A DNA stretch of 27,596 nucleotides from Chiloscyllium plagiosum (lineage: Eukaryota), in NCBI RefSeq assembly GCF_004010195.1, contig NC_057751.1:18863543-18891138 (forward strand), in the 5' to 3' direction. Positions within the stretch are counted from its first letter, which is position 1. Every line of letters begins with the position of its first letter. Of the stretch, positions 22,851-27,596 are shown in pieces. The position numbers and the translations under genes are program-made. The notes under the pieces were generated by a model that saw only the letters and a program-made list of their open reading frames with translations, ran no database searches and was not told the DNA's origin.

Positions 22851-24044
22851 AAGGAGACTTTTATTTTTCACGATGACAGACGGGAAGGACTGAAACATAT
22901 TGGAGGGTGCACAGAGAGAAAAGAGAAAAAGGACTAAACATTTTGACAGACTTGTAAGATCGGTGTGAAAATACGTTACTGCATCTTTGCTAAGTGAAAA
23001 GTCAACCAGACACAAATGGAAGAGATGGCAGTGTAAAGGACACGAAGGACAAAGCTTATTCTCTGAAAATGCAGTGTTTAAGACGATTTCCTAACGGCTG
23101 CAATTTGTTTTCAAACGCAGTGAGATGAAAGATATTTGAATCATATCAGGCTCAGAATCTTAATTGTGCTTTTACCTTTTCCGATGTACCATGCTTGCTG
23201 AGATTCTCCATCTTTTTTCTATTTTTAAAGATGGCTTTCCTTTCTTCTTTCATATGTCAACCATTCCGTTCTGCTACTAAACTCTCCATGAATAGTTAAC
23301 GTTTGATTCTGTTTGGTTCAATGTAATCTGTACTGAACAACATCACTCTCTGCACCTGTTGTGAATATCTTCAGGACTTACAAAAAAGGCACTGCCAATT
23401 TGAAATCAATTGTTTTTTTTAATAAATGGGTAAACAAATACAGTTGAGGGCACACTTGCCTGAAATTATCATTTGAACGTTTAACAGAATATTTTCAATG
23501 CTCTCACACCGAGTAACATCACTCAGACGAACGTCATTGAGATTCCATTTCGACTGGTTGCCCGCTTTGCAACCCCATTAAGATATGGTCACTCTGATTC
23601 ACACTGTCAACACAATTCTACAATGACCCGTTGTTTGGGCCTTACCTCAGTGAATTGTCCATCATGAAGTCTGATTTGACGATGCAGGATATTCCGGCAA
23701 ATAATGAATGGGTAGGTTACTAACCGTGTAAAGTCAAGTATGTCAACATTTTTGCTTTTGACATTGGTACAAGAGCCCTGAATTCTAATAAATTAAGCAC
23801 CAAAGATGTAGCATCAGCTGTTGTTGAAACAGCGCAAGGTCAGCATGTCCCATTGCCAATAAATGTACGAAAACACAGACCAAGTCACAAATCGATTTAG
23901 ACAGAAAGTTAGCCTGGTTCTGGAGACCTTCAGTCCTTTTCTGTCACCGTTGAGAGAACTTGGTGGCCATCATAACCTTAGTATGACCACAGCTCAGCGA
24001 AAGTGCAAGGTGGAGGAGGTGGGCAATGTGGAAAAAAAACGTAC

Positions 24045-24112
24045 TAGGCACGCCAATAGCTACAAGCGTCTTGTGACGTGTTTTTTCGGATGCTATGAAA
24101 CATTTCTAGCAT
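24045..24112 (-). pseudogene. GPR139-like pseudogene, exon 1
   Basis: ATGCTAGAAATGTTTCATAGCATCCGA..CTTGTAGCTATTGGCGTGCCTA|GTACGT aligns with 4778-4844; 68 nt versus 67 nt, a +1 frameshift in an A run. Confidence 0.88.
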
Positions 24113-25740
24113 TTTTGTCGTGCATACTGTTTTGTCGCTCGGTCTTGAACATAATATTAACGCAATAAACTCTGAATCATACATGCAGACTCCGGTAATA
24201 ATAAAGGGTGCAATCTTCACGATGTTATTGAAGTTGCAACACCCTTCAAGTTAATTACCAATCCTTTTGTTTTACGTTTCAAAAAGAAAACAGATTGCAG
24301 AAGCCTAGTGAAAATCATGTTAGAAAACATAATATATAGTGGAAAGTTTGAAGCACTATCAATTCTAATCATGGAAAATGAATTAGAATCGAAGTTGAAT
24401 TTTCTCTGATGATTTCTTTTCTTGTTTCAAACAACATAAAAACTGTTTCAGATTTCAAATTGTTTTGCATAAATTCTGAAGGCAAGCAGTTGTACACTCG
24501 GAAGCACACTGACAGTACCAAATCCTCGCATTATGGGTATGAAGCTGCAATTTTCGCTGAGGTCAGATAGTTAGCTAACATAGATATGCTTATACTTCAA
24601 AGAATTAGACGCTTTAACAAAGTGTCAAACTCCAGGTTGGATATTTATCATGTACAAATGCTTTGCATTAATGAGGTTTCAAAATAAACTCAAGACAAAT
24701 TAAATAAATTTGGCAGATGGCCTGCAGTATTACCAATGATTTCGGACGTCTTTTAGATCTTAAAGAAAACTCCATTAGTTGTACTGCCAAACCACGATGT
24801 AATATAAGTTTGAATCTGAAATAAGCTCTACAAAAAGCAGATCTCCTGAAATGAAAGTAGTCAGTGAAACAACACTAACTCTTCAAATATTCCTTGTCCA
24901 GTAATTGGCGCCACCTCGTTCTCCCGTGAGGAGCTTGAGCAATTCATCAACTTCACCAACACATTCCACCCTGACCTTAAATTTATCTGGACCATTTCTG
25001 ACACCTCCCTCCCCTTCCTGGACCTCTCCATCTCCATTAATGAAGACCGACTTGACACCGACATTTTTTACAAAACCGACTCCCACAGCTACCTGGATTA
25101 CACCTCTTCCCACCATACCTCCTGCAAAAATGCCATCCCCTATTCCCAATTCCTCCGCCTCCGCCGTGTCTGCTCCCAGGAGGACCTTTTCCACCACAAA
25201 ACAGACCAGATGGCCTCCTTCTTTAGAGACCGCAATTTCCCTTCCCACGTGGTTAAAGATGCCCTCCAACGCATCTCGTCCACATCTGCACTTGCGCCAT
25301 CAGACCCCACCCCTCCAACCGTAACAAGGACAGAACGCCCCGGTGCTCACCTTCCACGCTACCAACCTTCACATAAACCAAATCGTCCGCCGACATTTCC
25401 ACCACGTCCAAACGGACCCCACCACCAGGGATATATTTCCCTCCCCACCCCTTCCCTCCTTTCGCAAAGACCATTCCCTCCGTGACAACCTGGTCAGGTC
25501 CACGCCCCCCTACAACTCACCCTCCCATCCTGGCACCTTCCGTGCCACTGCAGGAATTGCAAAACCTGCGCCCACACCTCCTCCCTCACCTCAATCCAAG
25601 GCCTTGAAGGAGTCTTCCACATCCATCAAAGTTTTACCTTCACATCCACCAATATCATTTATTGTATCCGTTGCTCCCAATGCGGTCTCCTCTACACTGG
25701 GGAGACTGGACACCTCCTAGAAGAGCGCTTTAGGGAACAT

Positions 25741-26047
25741 TAGATTAGATTACTTACAGTGTGGAAACAGGCCCTTCGGCCCAACAAGTCCACACTGACC
25801 CGCTGAAGCGCAACCCACCCATACCCCTACATTTACCCCTTACCTAACACTATGGGCAATTTAGCATGGCCAATTCACCTGACCTGCACATTTTTGGACT
25901 GTGGGAGGACACCTGAGCACCCGGAGGAAACCCACGCAGGCACAGGGAGAACGTGCAAACTCCACACAGACAGTCGCCTGAGGCGGGAATTGAACCCAGG
26001 TCTCTGGCTCTGTGAGGCCTCAGTGCTAACCACTGCGCCACCATGCC
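25741..26047 (-). mobile_element. tRNA-derived SINE, HE1/V-SINE-like, nested in the Penelope element
   Basis: A box TGGCGCAGTGG (26030-26040), B box GGTTCAATTCC (25986-25996), conserved core, LINE-like 3' end and (TCTAA)n tail at 25741. Confidence 0.92.
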
Positions 26048-26268
26048 ACTTCAACAGTTTCCTCATTTCCCCTTCCCCCACCTCACCCCAGTTCCAAACT
26101 TCCAGTTCCCATGACTTGTCTTCCCTGCCTATCTTCTTTCCCACCCATCCACTCCTCCCAACCTATCACCTTCATCCCTTCCCCCACTCACCTATTGTAC
26201 TCTGTGCTACTTTCTCCCCACCCACCCTCCTTTCACTTATCTCTCCACCCTTCAGGCTCTCTGCCTTT

Positions 26269-26305
26269 ATTCCTGATGAAGGGCTTTTGCCCGAAACGTC
26301 AAATT
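26269..26305 (+). ncRNA. Minimal type I hammerhead ribozyme motif in Penelope terminal repeat
   Basis: ATTC-CTGATGA(26273-26279)-A-GGGC-TTTT-GCCC-GAAAC-GTC(26298-26300); palindromic ACGT in place of stem III. Confidence 0.7.
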
Positions 26306-27022
26306 TACTGCTCCTCGGATGCTGCTTGAACTGCTGTGCTTTTCCAGCACCACTCTAATCTAGACTCTGGTTTCCAGCATCTGCAGTCATTGTTTTTACC
26401 TGGTCCAGGAATTGACACAAACGCTCAAATTCAGTTAAACGTATCTTTAATAAATACATCCACTATGAAAACAGAACATGTCAAACTGATACAGCAAACC
26501 ACGGTAATTCAACAACTAAAGATACGATCATCCACCAAATGAAATTTCGCCAATATTATAATTTGATGTCACAACTCAAACCAAAACAGCATTTCAGATC
26601 ATGATTCCCCATGTGGCCTATTTAAGTATGTGGCCTACCAAACGAATAGAAATGATGTAATGCTACAATTAATAGATCCTTAAGGCGGTAGGTGCCGTTT
26701 TTTTTGAGTAAGCACGGTTGTATTCAGTTTGGTAGCAATTCGAGCCATGCACCAGCATGAGATGATTCTCACTCTATTTTCTGAAACTCGCGTCTCGAAT
26801 TGCAATTTCAAGCTCGCAAACACTAATCACGTTTCTAACTCATCTTCTCAAGTACCTTTTCCAAAACATCTCACCAGGTATTCAAGCATTCACCAGCATC
26901 CATTGCGAGAGATAAAAGTTGATCATTGGATAGGAATTGACATTCTGGGGTTGCCATTTTCCTCGCATCTATCACGGACATCGCAGACTGAGGAACTCAG
27001 CAGCCTATTGCGTGACCATGAT

Positions 27023-27596
27023 TATAGAACATAGAACATAGAGGAATACAGCGCAGTACAGGCCCTTTGGCCCTCGATGTTGCGCCGATCCAAGCCCACC
27101 TAACCTACACTAGCCCTCTATCCTCCATTTGCATATCTAATGCCAGCTTAAATGCCCATAAAGAGGGAGAGTCCACCACTGCTACTGGCAGGGCATTCCA
27201 TGAACTCACGACTCGCTGAGTAAAGAACCTACACCTAACATCTGTCCTATACCTACCACCCCTTAATTTAAAGCTATGCCTCCTCGTAATAGCTGACTCC
27301 ATACGTGGAAAAACGTTCTCACGGTCAACCCTATCTAAACCCCTAATCATCTTGTACACCTCTACCAAGTCACCCCTAAACCTTCTTTTCTCCAATGAAA
27401 ACAACCCCAAGTGCCCCAGCCTCTCCTCATACGATCTTCCTACCATACAAGGCAACATCCTGGTAAACCTCCTCCAGTGCCTCCACATCCTTCCTATAAT
27501 ATGGCGACCAAAACTGCACACAATACTCCAAATGCGGCCGCACCAGAGTCTTATACAACTGCAACATGACCTCAATACTCCGGAACTCAATTCCTC
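27023..27596 (-). mobile_element. Young CR1 LINE 3' end, running off the right edge
   Basis: ORF 27105-27590 [46 protein letters not shown]; tail atagaac/atagaac/atagag at 27023. Confidence 0.93.

Larger units (their letters stand above)
18555..24745 (-). repeat. Right arm of inverted segmental duplication (partner ~4130-9800)
   Basis: Reverse-complement collinearity with the left arm, interrupted by copy-specific insertions. Confidence 0.9.
24908..26402 (+). mobile_element. 5'-truncated Penelope-like element (RT C-terminus, GIY-YIG endonuclease, 3' terminal repeat), interrupted by a SINE
   Basis: ELEQFINFTNTFHPDLKFIWT..LPFLDL..YLDYTSSH..KNAIPYSQFLRLRRVCS; TSTNIIYCIRCSQCGLLYTGETG..RFREH; flanked by GTCCAGTAATTG (24896-24907) and GTCCAGGAATTG (26403-26414). 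Confidence 0.92.

Noticed and set aside
26611..26637. Direct repeat ATGTGGCCTA x2
   Set aside because: Only two 10-bp units 7 bp apart; local slippage, not an array or CRISPR.

Overview
Eukaryotic (cartilaginous fish, most likely shark) genomic DNA; no prokaryotic features. It contains one intact two-exon class A GPCR gene of the GPR139-like type on the + strand (exon 1 4778-4844, exon 2 8043-8953, 325 aa) and an inverted, tail-to-tail pseudogene paralogue on the - strand (exon 1 24045-24112, exon 2 19418-20621). Both lie in an old inverted segmental duplication (~4130-9800 vs ~18555-24745), and a third copy of the 3' UTR/polyA region sits at 10546-10860. Most of the rest is retroelement debris: two decayed Gmr1-type Ty3/Gypsy LTR elements (integrase upstream of RT), many CR1 LINE fragments including one reaching its GDSL-esterase ORF1, two HE1-like tRNA-derived SINEs, and Penelope-like elements (RT + GIY-YIG) whose terminal repeats carry minimal hammerhead ribozyme motifs. 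All calls come from reading the sequence by eye; boundaries of old repeats are approximate.
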